Part shown: positions 39,675-53,700 of the stretch, piece by piece
Position numbering within the stretch: position 1 is the stretch's first letter
How the letters are laid out: each line of letters opens with the position of its first letter
Assembly (NCBI RefSeq): GCF_006345805.1
Contig: NC_043005.1
Coordinates: forward strand, 48,174,001 to 48,238,000
Length of the DNA stretch: 64,000 nucleotides
Direction of reading: 5' to 3'
DNA from: Octopus sinensis
Lineage: Eukaryota
Translations under genes and position numbers: made by a program
The notes under the pieces: model-generated
What the model saw: the letters and a program-made list of their open reading frames with translations, nothing else
Databases searched by the model: none
Told to the model about the DNA's origin: nothing

Positions 39675-40310
39675 TAAAACAAACATATATTAACTCGACC
39701 GAAACCAAATGAGGGAACCTTTACGCGATCGCTGAACCTCCATATTTTCCCTCAAGTCACATCCTATATTATATAATGTAGTCCTGAATATATAACGGCT
39801 GAAAAGAAGAAAAAAAAACAAGACGGTTAGGTTTGGAACACTTTTGTTCATATATCTGCTTGATCAGAATTGACCTGGGACTAAACAAGAATGACAACAA
39901 TTAACTCCACTAAATCCAGATGAGAATATAACCCACTTTTCCTGTTAAAGGTTTATATTCATTTCCACTATATTGTTGATTGCCTAAGCCGCCCTAACAC
40001 AGATGATACAAGTAAAACATTTACACTTAGTTGGATATCAAGAAGGCTGCAATTATCTGAATGGTTCCCTCGTGAAACTAAACATACCCATATGGACCTC
40101 TATATATGACCCAATATGAGAATTATATTTTCATTCATTTAGTATGATTCAATCAACACGCCGATGGGAATATCACATTTACAGGAAATAATAGTGTCAA
40201 ACAACATATGTATTTTCTATTTCTCCGTCTACTATCGGTTTTCCATTAATGAGTGTTTTACTCTACAGGCTTTAGAAAAAGGAGCCATACATTACCTAAA
40301 TAGATATAAC

Positions 40311-40399
<89 letters not shown>

Positions 40400-40657
40400 C
40401 GTGGCTATGTGGTAAGAAGCTTCCTTCCCAATCAAATGGTTCCGGGTTCAATCCTACTTTGTGGCACCTTGGGCAAGGGTCTTCTACTATAGCCTCGGGC
40501 CGACCAAAGCCTTGTGAGTGGATTTGGTAGACGGAAACTGAAAGAAACCCATCATATATATGTATGTATATCTATGTATGTGTGTTTGTTCCTCCACCAC
40601 CGCTTGACAACCGGCGCTGTTGTGTTTACGTGCTCATAGCTTATATATATATATATA

Positions 40658-41008
40658 AATTAGAAAAAAAAACCCCACCTTTTATCAATTCAATAATGAA
40701 AAATTAAATTAAACCATTTAGAAAAATTACATATTATAGAAACATAAAATATAAGATAAAACATAATGATAAAGTAATGTGCAAAATGATAAATAAAACG
40801 TATATATTTGGTAGATATATACGTTTTAATTAATTTTAATTATATAGATATAAACCCCCAAAATACGTTTTATTTATTATTTTGCACATTACTTAATCAT
40901 TGTTATATGTTTTACCTTATATTTAATCTTTCTATAATACGTAATTTTTCTAAATGGTATTATTTAATTTTTCATTATTGAATTGATAAAAGGTGTTTTT
41001 TTTTCTAA

Positions 41009-41010
<2 letters not shown>
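40658..41010. repeat. AT-rich imperfect palindrome between (TA)n tracts
   Basis: ~145-bp diverged arms, 40658-40802 vs 40863-41010. Confidence 0.85.
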
Positions 41011-41059
<49 letters not shown>

Positions 41060-41169
41060 ATATATATATATATATTATATTTTGTGAAATTTGATTTAGT
41101 ATTTCTAAATTGAATTTTTCCCTGTAAGTTTGGAATAATATTCCCTCATATTATTATTATTATTATTGT

Positions 41170-41203
<34 letters not shown>

Positions 41204-41403
41204 CCGAAATATTAGCGCCAAGTTGTGTTTAGGCATTGGTAAAGTATAGGTTAGTTGAAATATGTTTGCGACATATTTCAACTGCTAAAAGACAAATTCC
41301 CTGCAGTTACCGTAAATAATTCCTCTTGTGGCAAAATGTAAAAACACCATATCTGTCCAGTCTCGCCATCTATCAGGATTTCCAGACGTCGATGTTTCTA
41401 GCT

Positions 41404-41459
<56 letters not shown>

Positions 41460-41613
41460 AAATAAATATAAGAGAAGGGTCACTATGTAGCTCATTCTAG
41501 CACTAGAAAATCCAAAAGGTTTCAACCACAAAAATACATGTTTCCTATGAAAATCAGTACGATTGTTAGCTCACACGAACAGGGCAAATAAAAAATAACA
41601 AAAATACAGATTA

Positions 41614-41694
41614 TTTTGGGACAATTGTTTCGCTATTAATGAATTAAATGTAATTTTACTTACAAAAAACCCACTTGTAGCTCCTCAGCCAAAA
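41614..41694 (-). ncRNA. Type I hammerhead ribozyme, intact core
   Basis: ttttgg-CTGAGGA-gcta...tagc-GAAAC-aatt-GTC-ccaaaa: 6-bp stem I, 4-bp stem II, palindromic stem III, GUC cleavage site. Confidence 0.85.
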
Positions 41695-42140
41695 CTATCT
41701 GGATGAAATCCACTCAATCACACGCCAGATTTTAATATTGTAATATATTATAAAATATTATAATAATCCAGGTTTCTCGAGGCACTGGGCCACTTGGTGT
41801 TGAATAGATATGCTATTAAATTAGTATCTAATTCTCTCACCCTTATTAATTAATTATAATTATGCTACATTTATTTCTAAATGTAGTATTTGTTTCCGTG
41901 AAAGTTTGGCGCGCTGTTGGTAAGGGCATTTGAATTATAACGTCGGATGTAATCAATTGAACCACACGTGTATTTATCGTTATGGTAAAATCTGGCGTGT
42001 GATTGAGTGGATTTCATCCGAAATTTGCTATAATGATCCTGTTTCTGACTGAAGATTAGAGGCTTCGAATGACCCGTCCGTTTTCTGTGTTCGTCCTTTG
42101 TGTATTTCACGTTCTTGTTTCTTTATATATAATTTTTATA

Positions 42141-42254
<114 letters not shown>

Positions 42255-42319
42255 TCTACCAGTATCTGAAGTTTCAAACTGTTTAGTTAAAAAAAAATTA
42301 ATTAAAAAGTGTCTGTACG

Positions 42320-42397
42320 CCAAATTGAATAGATCCAAAAGTTTTATGCATTTACATTACAGAACTCGTCCGGGAACGTTTTGATAACATCTCGTAC
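42320..42397 (+). mobile_element. Possible mariner 3' terminus
   Basis: Ends ccgggaacgttttgataacatctcgta, a TIR-like sequence. Confidence 0.4.
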
Positions 42398-42704
42398 ATA
42401 GAAAGATAATGAGAGAGAAAGTTGAAATATATAAATAACCTAGTAGGAAAGAATACGTAGACAGAAAAAATATGAAGATAAAGGAAGTAGTTCGCAAAAA
42501 CTCCTGGAATGGCCACGTAAAGATGCGCAAAAACAAACAAAACTGAGAGAATTAGTTAAGCTAAATATTCTTGAACTAGGGACTATGAGGTGATTACTGA
42601 AGACGAACAGGAGAATGAAGAATAACAGGAATAGACGGTGAAAAATAAATGTAAGAAAATTAAAAGGGATGGGGAGTATAAGAAGTATGTAAACAAAGTG
42701 AACA

Positions 42705-43290
42705 AAGGCACAGGCGTGGCAGGGTCGTAAGAAGCTTGCTCCCCAACCACTTGGATCTCGGTTCAAACCTACTGCATGTTAATTTGGGCAAGTGTCTTCT
42801 ACTCTAGTATCGGACGGACCAATGTTTTGTGAGTGGATTTGATAGAGAACCTGAATCTAGCCTATTGTATATATATAGTTAATCCAAACATGAAAACACA
42901 AAGAGAAAACACAACAACGCGAGGACGTGGAACAAATATAGTATTATTGGACGCTCAGGAAAGAAGGAAAGAAGGAGGGTTTTACGTTTCGAGCGGAGCT
43001 CTTCGTCAGAAACATGGGAAAAGGAAAGATCCAGAGAAGGGAAGACGGAGCAAAAAAAAATCGCCAACGGTACACACGCGGTCACAGTGTGTGTGTTTGT
43101 CCCTCACCACCGCTTGATAACAGGTTTTGGTGTGTTTACGTACCCGTAACTTAGTGGTTTGGTACAAGTGGTCAATAGAATAAGTATGAAACTTTACAAA
43201 TCAGTTCTGAAACCGATTCGTTTGGCTAAAAATTCTTTAAGGCGGTGCCCCAACATGGCCGCAGTCTAATGACTGAAACAAGTAAAAATT
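42705..43290 (+). mobile_element. SINE family B interrupted by a hammerhead element (42877-43085)
   Basis: Head, short (TA)n, insert, then tail. Confidence 0.8.
42979..43013 (-). ncRNA. Minimal type I hammerhead ribozyme
   Basis: gttt-CTGACGA-a-gagc-tcc-gctc-GAAAC-GTA-aaac; ACGT palindrome in place of stem III. Confidence 0.85.
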
Positions 43291-44818
43291 GAGAAAAGTA
43301 AAGAATATATTGGTTTCAAATTCTGGCACTGCAATTTTCGGGGTAGTTGGTAAGTCGATTTATTCAACCCCAATGCTCAACTGGTATTATTGTATCGATC
43401 CCGAAAGGATGACATGCAAAGTCGACCTCAGCGGAATTTGAACTCAGAACGTAAAGATGGATGTAATGACACGACACATTTTGCTCTGACATGGTAACGT
43501 GTCTAACTGCTCACCGCCTTAAATAGCACAAATAACAGCTTCAAATGTTGGCACAAAGTCGGAAATTTGGGGTAAGGGGGTAAGTCGATTACATTAACCC
43601 CCAGTGCTCAACTGGTACTTATTTTACCGACCCCTAAATGATGAAAGGCAATGTCAACCTCGGTGGAATTAGAACTCAGAAAGATAAGCATTTTACCCGG
43701 CGTGCTAATGATTCTGCCATCTGACTAACTTAAATAGTTCAAATAATAGGAATACTTCGTATGATGAACTACAAGAATATCATTTAGAATTACCACATTT
43801 ACTTTTATACCAACATAAGGGCCGATATAAAATAAATTTTGGAATGAGTATTATAAATAGGTGCAAACTGGAAAAAGATAAATCTTAAGGAACGTAAAGA
43901 CATCGATGTCGTCCAACGAAGTCCAGCACTTCAATTGATTACGTTAGCACGAAGAATGTGGTAATGTTTGAGTGGAATTAATTACTTTTTCTTTTAAAGA
44001 TTCCAGGTTTATGATGGTCAGTTCTCATCCATTCGTTGTGTTAATTTCGGTTAGTGTCATTCGCAACGTAAACAGCGAAACTTGTCTTAGTGTTTAAATC
44101 ACAAGGTTTTCTTTTTTACTATAGTATAAGGCATAACGCTTGATACGATACGCTCGAGCGTGTAGAGGAGCCAATTAAGTGTGTAGATAATATTTTTACT
44201 TTTTAAAATCCCGATAGATTTAGAAGACCAAATATATTTTTTCTTTCAGGGGATAAATTTTTCCATAGGTAAATACTATATATTCTACAGTATAGTTTTG
44301 TTTAGCAAGATTGTAAATATTGCAGCCAGTAACCGCCATATTTCGATACATAACTGCCGTCGCTGAAGAGCGCAGGGTTACAGATCGGACTATTACATAA
44401 CACTTATTTGAATCCCTAATGCGAAACCGATCGGTTAGATCGGCTGTAATGGATACATAATACTGTACACTTGGATTTATATATATATATATATATTATG
44501 ATGAAAGTTGGAGAATTGTTTTAGGGTAATCGGATAGCATATTTGCCTGGGTTACAAAAAATGCGGTGATCAAGTCATGCAGACAGGAAACATTGTATCG
44601 CTTTTTCATCCAAGGAGTTTTTAACCCAATTTAGTATAAGATGTAGCATATATATATAATGTTGGGGTCCGTGCGTTCCGTTACTTAATAAATGAAAAAA
44701 TGCATTGTAAATAAACAATGACAGGTAAAAAGCGCATACGTATCCTCAGTGTACAAGAAGAGACCTTCTGTGTCTGTCTCCCGATATTGTTGTTTAATTA
44801 CGATGCATATTTTCATTT

Positions 44819-44867
<49 letters not shown>

Positions 44868-45290
44868 GATAGTTAGATAGATAGATGGATGGATGGATGG
44901 ACGGACGGATGGATGGACGGACGGACGGACGGACAGATATACATATAAATGAGAGAGAGAGAATCTCATTCTCAAATGTTAGGAAAACGATTCATCGGTC
45001 GATGCTTCCAAGATACATTACATTTAAAATCTTAACCACTAATTTACATATTTATATGTCTGTCTGCGTGCGTGTGTACATGCATGTGCAACTAAGCGTG
45101 TTTGTGCCTGCAGTGGATGGCAGAATTTTATTTCTATACTGACCATTTCAAGTTGAAGTTTTTCGAAGGATGATTTCACCTTTCAGCCTTTCGGAATCAA
45201 TAAAATAAGTACCAGACGTGCAACAGACTCGACCATACACGTCTACCTTATTCTCACTCAAGTTATTCTTACACACATCCCACATATATT

Positions 45291-45339
<49 letters not shown>

Positions 45340-46454
45340 ACACATAAATACGTACACGCACATACAGACACTCACGTATATAATCTCAAGCAAGATAGAA
45401 GTAATTTTTGTTGTCTTTGCAGCTCAGTTTCATATTTCATACGAATGATATGCTTGAATAATTAAAACTGTATTCATCAAATTCTGTGGATACATTTTGA
45501 AGAAGAGAAGAAAAAAATGTGAACGTCGCTTCATAAATTTCTGCAAATCAAATGTCAGATCAAATCTGAAGAATTCAAATTGCTCTGTCACTTTTCGTTT
45601 CTTCCCCGTTGCTTATTCTTCTGTTCCATATTACTCATATTGTACAAAGGATTTTTCATTAACTCCAGCAATTCAAAAATACATCGTTAATGACCGGAAT
45701 ATGCTGAAGAATTACAAAGATGTGAATTCTCGTTAATTTTATGTTTCTTTCTATGCTCCAGCATATAATCACGGAGAATTATTTTGAATGAAGGAACTGT
45801 AGACTTTGTTGTATTTAATATTAGAAACCCAGAAGGCAGAGGATTGGCAGGATCGGTACAATGCCCGACGAAATGGTCTGCCGTATTTAGTTATAAATGT
45901 TTACGTTCTGACTATTTTAGAGAGTATATTTTATCTGTTGTATAGCTTATCATCTGGTTCTTGCGTGTGTTAAGTTGGATTTACGATGTATGTTCCAGCA
46001 TACAAGTCGAATTTTTCACATCAAAAGTTTTACAACCAAAAAAGGTAGGTAAAATTATACACCAAGTCGACTTTGGAAGACTAAAAATTCCATGTAAAAT
46101 GCTGAAAGATTTGGAAAGATAATGACAAGGTTTAAATGTTTACAGTATATATTTATTATGTGGACCTGTGTGCCGGAAAATATGTTACGTATCAGGTTTA
46201 AGGATAATATCCGCCTTTCCAACAGGCCATTGGTTCTGCCTTGTTTCTTTGGATATTTTACTAGTTTCAATCACGTCGGAATTGGTACATGTGTTTCTAA
46301 ATATCTGGCGCTTATTTTATCGATCGCTATCTGGAACCACTATATTGCAGATCAAAAGCACACGGCATCGTTTTTCAAGCGGCGTTGATTTTAAGACGAG
46401 CATCAAGGTAAAGACTTAAACCTGCACGCACACACACACACACACACAAACTGA

Positions 46455-46488
<34 letters not shown>

Positions 46489-46490
<2 letters not shown>

Positions 46491-46700
46491 AAAAGGCAAG
46501 ACTGTATGGAATGCTAAAGGGTAATGTAAAAGCATTGAGCTCAATCCCATTGAAACTTCAAAACTTCTTAAGGCAACTGGAAATCCCATGCAAAATTGAT
46601 GTCTTGCAAAAACCAGCCTTATTGGGCACAGCGCACATCTTAAGGAAAGTATTATCCGTCTGGGTTCCTTGTTGTGACTTGACAGATGACTAATTGCAGT
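46489..46700 (+). mobile_element. R4/Dong-type LINE 3' fragment
   Basis: ...LQKPALLGTAHILRKVLS C-terminus. Confidence 0.75.
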
Positions 46701-46739
46701 CAGAAATGTAAAAGAAAAAGAATGAAATGAGAAAAAGAT

Positions 46740-49700
46740 GTAAACAAAATAGTAATAGAATGCTGGCTGAGAAGTGAGCCAAATAAAAGAGGCTTCATGA
46801 ATCAAAAGAAGAGAATATGGGATGAAAAAGTAGGTTTTGAAACATCCGCCCAGCGACTGATAGACCAAGCAAGAACAATCTGTAGAAACGACAGGATTAC
46901 GGAATAGAGATTGAAGAAATTCAGAGAAACATAGAAAAAAAAAAAGAGAGCAGAAGGAGAGTGAAACAGCAGTAGCAGAAAGTAGTAGTGAAGGGGTAAG
47001 AGATGTAGAACATGAAACATGGAAATCGCAGGGTACCAGAGAATACTGATAAAGTAACTAATGAAAACGATCTAGATCGACAAGTGACAGTAAGTACTGC
47101 ACAAGACTTGAATGATGAAGAGGAGATTTTAGAAATGTTGTGAGTTAAAATGTTTGATGGGAACAAGGAAGTACCACCAAATGTAAGGTATATATGAACA
47201 GGAAAAATTGAGGAGAGCCACAGGCAAAGTAAATGACGTTTTATACTTGATTAAAACAGAAAACATCAGTGCAACAAACCAGCTAATCATAGCTGCTGCT
47301 AATGTCCTAGATAACATAATCTACAAACGAAAAACTGAAGATATAAAAGCAAATGAAAGGAAAGAACCAAACTGGAGTAAGAGAATACGAATGAAGCTGG
47401 AAAAGATACGGAAAGAACTGAGACAATTGAATAAGATAATGAGAGGAGAGCTCAAGAATTAGTAATCAGAAAATTGAATGGATAGTGCAAGTTAGAAGAG
47501 AGGGGAAAGCAAACAAACAAACAGTACATGAAGAACTGACACAAAAGGTGACCGCATTAAAGGCCAAACTGAAGAGATATAATGCTAGTTGCAACGGTTT
47601 CGAGCAGAACAGACTCAGAATAGACTGTTCCAGTCAAAAAGAAGGCGTTTTTTTTTGTTTTTGTTTTTTTGTTTGTGCTTTTTTTTTTTAAAGAAATAGA
47701 GGGAAGCCAAGACCAGGAACTGATTCCAGATACGGAAGAAAGTAAAGAATTTTGGAGAAGGCTGTAGAACAGGCCGGCGAGACATAAAGAAAACGCGGAG
47801 TGGCTAACAAAGACGGGAAGACAACTTACAACTGTACCAAGTTAAAAGGACGTCAAAATTAATTAATATACAGAGACAGAAGTTTTTAAAAAAATACCAA
47901 AATTGGAAAGGACTAGGCCCGGATGGAATAGAAGGCCATTGGCTGAAGAACTTTACACAGTTGTATGAAAGGATTGCTGCACAATTGGATGACTGCCTGC
48001 AGCAAGGTCACGTTCCTGCCTGGATGACAAGGGGACGACGCTGCTATGCCTCAAGCATCCCTTGAAAGGGAACTTAGCATCAAATTTTCGACCTGTTTAC
48101 CACTTATGAGGAAGCTTATGACCGGTGTATTGGCGGAAGAGTTATACAACCATATGGAAAATAACAATCTACTTCCAGAAGAACAGAAAGGATGCAGGAA
48201 ACAAAGTAAGGTAACAAAAGATTACTTATTAGTTGATAAAATAATCATTAGAAATTGGAGACGAAGATTGACGGGGATGAATGTAGCATGGTGAGATTAC
48301 AAAAAAAGCATATAATATGGTACCACACAGTTGGATAAGTAAAACAATGAGCATGTTTGGAATAGCAAAAAGCATTGAGAAAATTCTTAATGAAAGTATG
48401 AAACATTGGAATACTGAATTAATCGGATCGGAGGAAAGCAAAAACTCGGGAAAGTGAACATCAGACGTGGAATATTCCAAGGTGATAGCTTATCTCCATT
48501 ACTATTCGTATTGGCCATAACACCGCTCACTGTGATACTGCGAAACTTTAAAATTGCCTACGATTTGAGAAAAGGAAATGGTCAGATAGATCATTTCCTT
48601 TCCATGGATGATATAAAGGTTTATGCGAAAAATGAGAAACAGCTTGAAAATTTTGTACATACTATCTGCATTTTCTCAAATGACATATGTATGGAATTTG
48701 AGATATAAAAGTGCGCTATATTGAAAATGAAACGAGGAAGATTTGGAAGAAGCCGAGGAATTGAAATGCCAAATGGGCAAACAGTGAGAACGGTTGAGAA
48801 AGGACAATGGTATTAGTACTTGAGAATACTGGAATCTGTCGAAATAAAAAATGAAAAAATGAAACAAATTACTAGTAGGGAGTACACAAGGAGAGTAAGA
48901 AAATTATTGCAGTCAAAGCTGAATTCAAAAGATCTTAGTGAAGTAATATATTCAAGAGCAATACTCTTAATCAGATATCGAATTGAAATTACAGACTGTA
49001 CCAAAAACGATATAAAGAAACTTAACAGAAAAACTAGAAAGTTGTTGACAATGCATGGAGTCCACCATCCGAAAGCTGATATCAACCGGCTGTACTTGAG
49101 GAGAGACTTGGATAGAAGAGGCTTAATAGCAGTAGAAGAATATGTAAAGATAGAAAGTAAACATCTAATAGAGTATTTACGGAGCAGCGCAGAAAAACGA
49201 CTAAAGACAGTGAATAAAGAACAGGTGATGAAGCGCGTAATAGGAGAAAAGGACAAGAATGAAATACAAAGAGAGCACGTCAGACAGATTGAAGAGAATC
49301 CCCTGCATGGCCACTTTTGGAAAGCCATTGAAGACGTATGTGAGACAAAATCCTGGGCTTGGTTAAAAAAAGAGTAATTAAAAGAAAGAAACCAAGAGCC
49401 TAATTGTAGCAGTCTAAGATCAAGCGATAAAAACTAACAACTTGAGAAAAAATATATGTAGAAATAATGTGTCAGAAAAATGTAGAGCCTGTGGAATTTG
49501 GAACGAGACAGTGGCATGCATTGTGGAAGAATGCTCCAAGTTGGCACAGGAAGAATATAAGAAATGGATGACCGACCAGGTTGTAAAAGTTTTATACTGG
49601 AAACTGTGCCAGAAATGGGGATTTGAAGGTGGAATCATATGGGACAATCATCGTGACAAAAGAGAACCGAAGTTGGAGAAATGCAAGATTTTGTAAGACT

Positions 49701-50148
49701 TTCCAGTTCCAACGGACAAGAAGTTAGACAATAAGAGACCAGACATAACAGTTATAGATGAGGTAAAGCGAAGTTGCTTACTTATAGACCTGTCATTCCC
49801 GTTTGACGCTAGGATCGTAAAGAAAGAGGAAGAAAAACAAAACAAATACAGTCCTTTAACATTTGAAATAGAAGGAATTTGGTACATGAAAACAGTGAAG
49901 GTCGTACCTATAATAATTGGTGCGTTGAGAACAGTAAGCAAAAATATAGACAGATGGTTGAAGGAGATTGGAATAGATTGCCCAGTAGAGCTCCTAGGGA
50001 CAGCAAGAGTTATCAGGAGGGTTCTAAGCATTTGAAAGACTGCTGAAAACTTGTGGATACCAAAAGTTACAGGTTGTAACCCGTTACCCACATAAATCCT
50101 ACCAGGAATGAGACCGAACCTGAATGAAACCAAAATAATAATAATAAT
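46740..50148 (+). mobile_element. Decayed, near full-length R4/Dong-clade LINE (RT plus restriction-like endonuclease)
   Basis: Broken frames with LPEEQKGC, RRGIFQGDSLSPLLF, MDDIK, HPKADINRLY, CRACG...C zinc finger and DNKRPDI; many stops and frameshifts; ends in (AAT)n. Confidence 0.9.
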
Positions 50149-50739
50149 CCTCTTAACTATAGGCACAAAGCCCGAAATTTTGGGGGAGGGAACCAATCGA
50201 TTACATCGACCCCAGTACTCAACCTGTTCTTATTTTATCGACCCCGAAAGGATGAAAGGTAAGTCGACTCCGATGGAATTTGAACTCAAGATGTAAAGAC
50301 GGACGAAATGCCGATTTCTTTACTACCCACAAGGGGCTAAGCAGAGGAGACAAACAAGAATAGACAGACGGATTAAGTCGATTATATCGACCCCAGAGCG
50401 TAACTGGTACTTAATTTATCGACTCCGAAAGGATGAAAGGCAAAGTCGACCTCGGCGGAATTTGAACTCAGAACGTAACGGCAGACGAAATACGAATTTC
50501 TTTATTGCCCACCGGGGGCCAAACATAGATATGGACAGTACAACTGATGGGATCAGTGAATCGATATGATTTTACATAAATGTGACATCAAAAATAAAAT
50601 ACAATACATAAAAATCGAATGGAATACACAGTACAAAAACAATACAAATGAAGCGATGATCAAGTTACGCTCCGATCCCACAAGCCCCGATCTACCGCTG
50701 ATACCTTTTTATTTTTCCTTTTTTTTTTTCCTCGTCTAT

Positions 50740-53700
50740 TCACACGGTTCCTTGCACGCACAACACTCGTGCAACATACTTCCATCTCTTTTGGAACGTA
50801 CACTCTGACAGACACCTCTTCTCCAGCCACAGTTTCCTTTTCAAATGAAAAGAAAAAAAGGATCGTAAATTGTCACCAGAGATAAAGTTGCCTGTCTTAA
50901 TTCCTTTTATCCTAGTATTCCATACAGCCTCTTTTGCTATTGCTACAACCGTGAGAAAACAATTCTTACCTTCGTTCGTTAGAACTCCCGGTGGGTCAAT
51001 TTTTATAATTGACTCAGTCGACAGCCGTACTCTTCCTTCGCCGGACAACAGATGTTCAGCATAAGCCCACATTTCAGTTATCTCCGGACACTGAACAATA
51101 GCGTGAGGGACGGTTTCCCTGTCCCCACCGCATCTTGGACAGGTCGGCGACTGACGTTTACCATGTCTTGCGAGCTTATCCCAAACGGGCAAGGCACCTC
51201 TGTAGCATTGCCAGGTTAAGGACTTTTGGAAGTTGTCCAACGTTCTCAACCCGAATGTACGATGAAACAAGCTGTCCAGTTGAATAAATCCGAGACCTAG
51301 AGTCGACCCCAGGCCATCGTCGCATTCAGACTCTACCAACCCACTATATAAAATCCGTGTGGAACCCCCACCGCTGGCGTTGCCCGAGCGCCGGAACAGC
51401 AAGAGGGCCTTACGGCACTCTTTATGCCACTCACTCGACCTCGGTCTACGAGAACACCAGGCTTCCTGTTCGCAAAAACTCTTGAACTCAGGGAACATTT
51501 GTCTGGCCAGCGGAGACCACACCCGTTCACTATCCAGGAGAATCCAGAGGTGCCTCAACCTCAACGCATGTCTGCGCATCATTAACCAAGGCATCCCTAA
51601 ACCTCCATTTAAAGGCTTTTGACAGCAGACAGAGCGTTTCACAAGTGGCGACCTGCCCTTCCACAAAAAGCGAAAGAGCTGTCTCTCCAACCTGATCAAC
51701 CACGAATCCGGACAGGGCACGACAGTCAGGCGGTAGGTAATGACCGATGCGATAAACACATTGGCCACTTCCGCCCTCCCTTTCAGGGATAGCCACCGCC
51801 AAGACCAGGTCTTGACTACTGCAGCCACCCTGCTCAATACCTCCGTCCAGTTCTTCTCTATCTGGAGGCCTGGTCCAAACCAGACTCCCAGCAACTTAAC
51901 CGGTCCCTCCGTCCAGCGCCTAACAACACTGTCTGAAGGCATCGACTTGCCAACCCAGGTGCCGAGCTGCAAGCCGACCGACTTTTCCCGGTTAATCTTT
52001 GCTCCTGCTACCTCCTCGTAAGCCTCAATAGTCTTACCTACTTCACGTAGGCGTGCCACTGTGGTTACACTGATAGTGATATCATCCGCGAAAGCCGTAA
52101 CAAACTCCTCTAGTCCTGGTTCTCTCGGGATGCCACTCAACCTTTGCAGTAATGGCTCGAGAGCCATCACATACAAAAGTGGTGAAAGCGGACATCCTTG
52201 ACGAACCGAGCGTCTGATGCAGAACGGCTTCGAAAGGAAACCGTTCACCCGAACTATCGAGTCAATGTTGTGGTACAAAGCGATAAACCACCTGAGGAAG
52301 CCAAGGCCCAGGCCAAACCGCGCAAGTACAGTCGCTAGGTATCGATGGTCAACCCTATCAAAAGCTTTAGACTGGTCCAAATGCACCAATGCCCCACCTT
52401 TGCCAGATTTATTACCAAACCTCTCTATGGTATAGCGAATAAGATGGAGGGTATCCTGAATGGTTCTGCCTGGGATGGCACATGTCTGTGCCTCCCCGAC
52501 TATACCATTCGCGACACGCGCCAACCTTTTTGCTAGAACCTTGGCCAAAATCTTCACTTCTGCGTTTAACAGAGTGATGGGCCTGAAATTCTCTAGAACG
52601 TCCCCCTTGTCCGGGTCCTTTCTGACCAACGTCACTACTCCCCGGCGCACAGATCTGGGGATAAACCCATTCTGTTTCCAGTTCGCGTACACGTCAGTCA
52701 GTAGTTGCCCGAACAAGTCTGGCATACATTTATACAGCTCGTACGGAAGACCATCAAGTCCCGGTGACTTACCCGCTTTACAATCGGCCAAAGCCTCCAT
52801 CACCTCCTCAAGTGTGATTGGCCCTTCGCAAGACTCCGCATCCGACCCCGAGAGGCACGGCAGCCCGGTAAGAAAGTCCTCGAGGGCTCTCCCACCACCA
52901 GGACCGCCGTCACCCCCGAACAGCTGGGCGAAGTACTCCCGAAAGACCTCACACATTTTCTCGGGTTCGTTTATCAAGACACCATTTTGATTCGTCAAAG
53001 ACCGAATAGAGGAACTATTTCCTTGCCGAGCTTCCACCACTCGGGCCCATCCAGCGGCTTTGATTCCTTCACTTCCCATTGCACGTAACTTAGCTCTGGT
53101 AATACTTCCCATGTGGTGGGCTTCAAGATGCTGGTTTAACTCCAGTCTTTTCACCCTCGCTTGGTCTGTATTACCAGTCCTCCAGGCTTCTTCTAGTTCC
53201 TTAACTAGACCATATCCTATTTTACGTCCCTTCTTAGCTAAACTTATGCTAAACCTAATAGACTCATATTTGATGGCTCTTTTTAGGGCGTACCACCATT
53301 TGTTATTAATGATGGTACCTGTTAATGCCCTCTGTATTAACATCTTGATCCGCTTTCTGTACTCCTCAATCGCCAAAAGGGACGTATTGAGTTTCCAGTA
53401 GCCAGATCCCTGTCTATGCAACTTATCTACCGTCAGTTTACAGGTAACCATCTTGTGGTCACTGTAGCTGACTAGAAAAAACTGTGGACACTCAACTATG
53501 GACTTATCTTTTTCTCTAATTAAAATCCTATCTAGATATGTTCTGGTAGACCCGTCACTATTTGACCACGTCCACTGTGGAGTGTTCGGGTGCTCCAACC
53601 TATATGGATCTGCTAGCTGAAATTGACTTAGCAGATCCCGAAAGCCTGTGTTACATTTTCTGTTCATGTTCGAGTTTGAGCCAACACAATCTGTGTGTGC

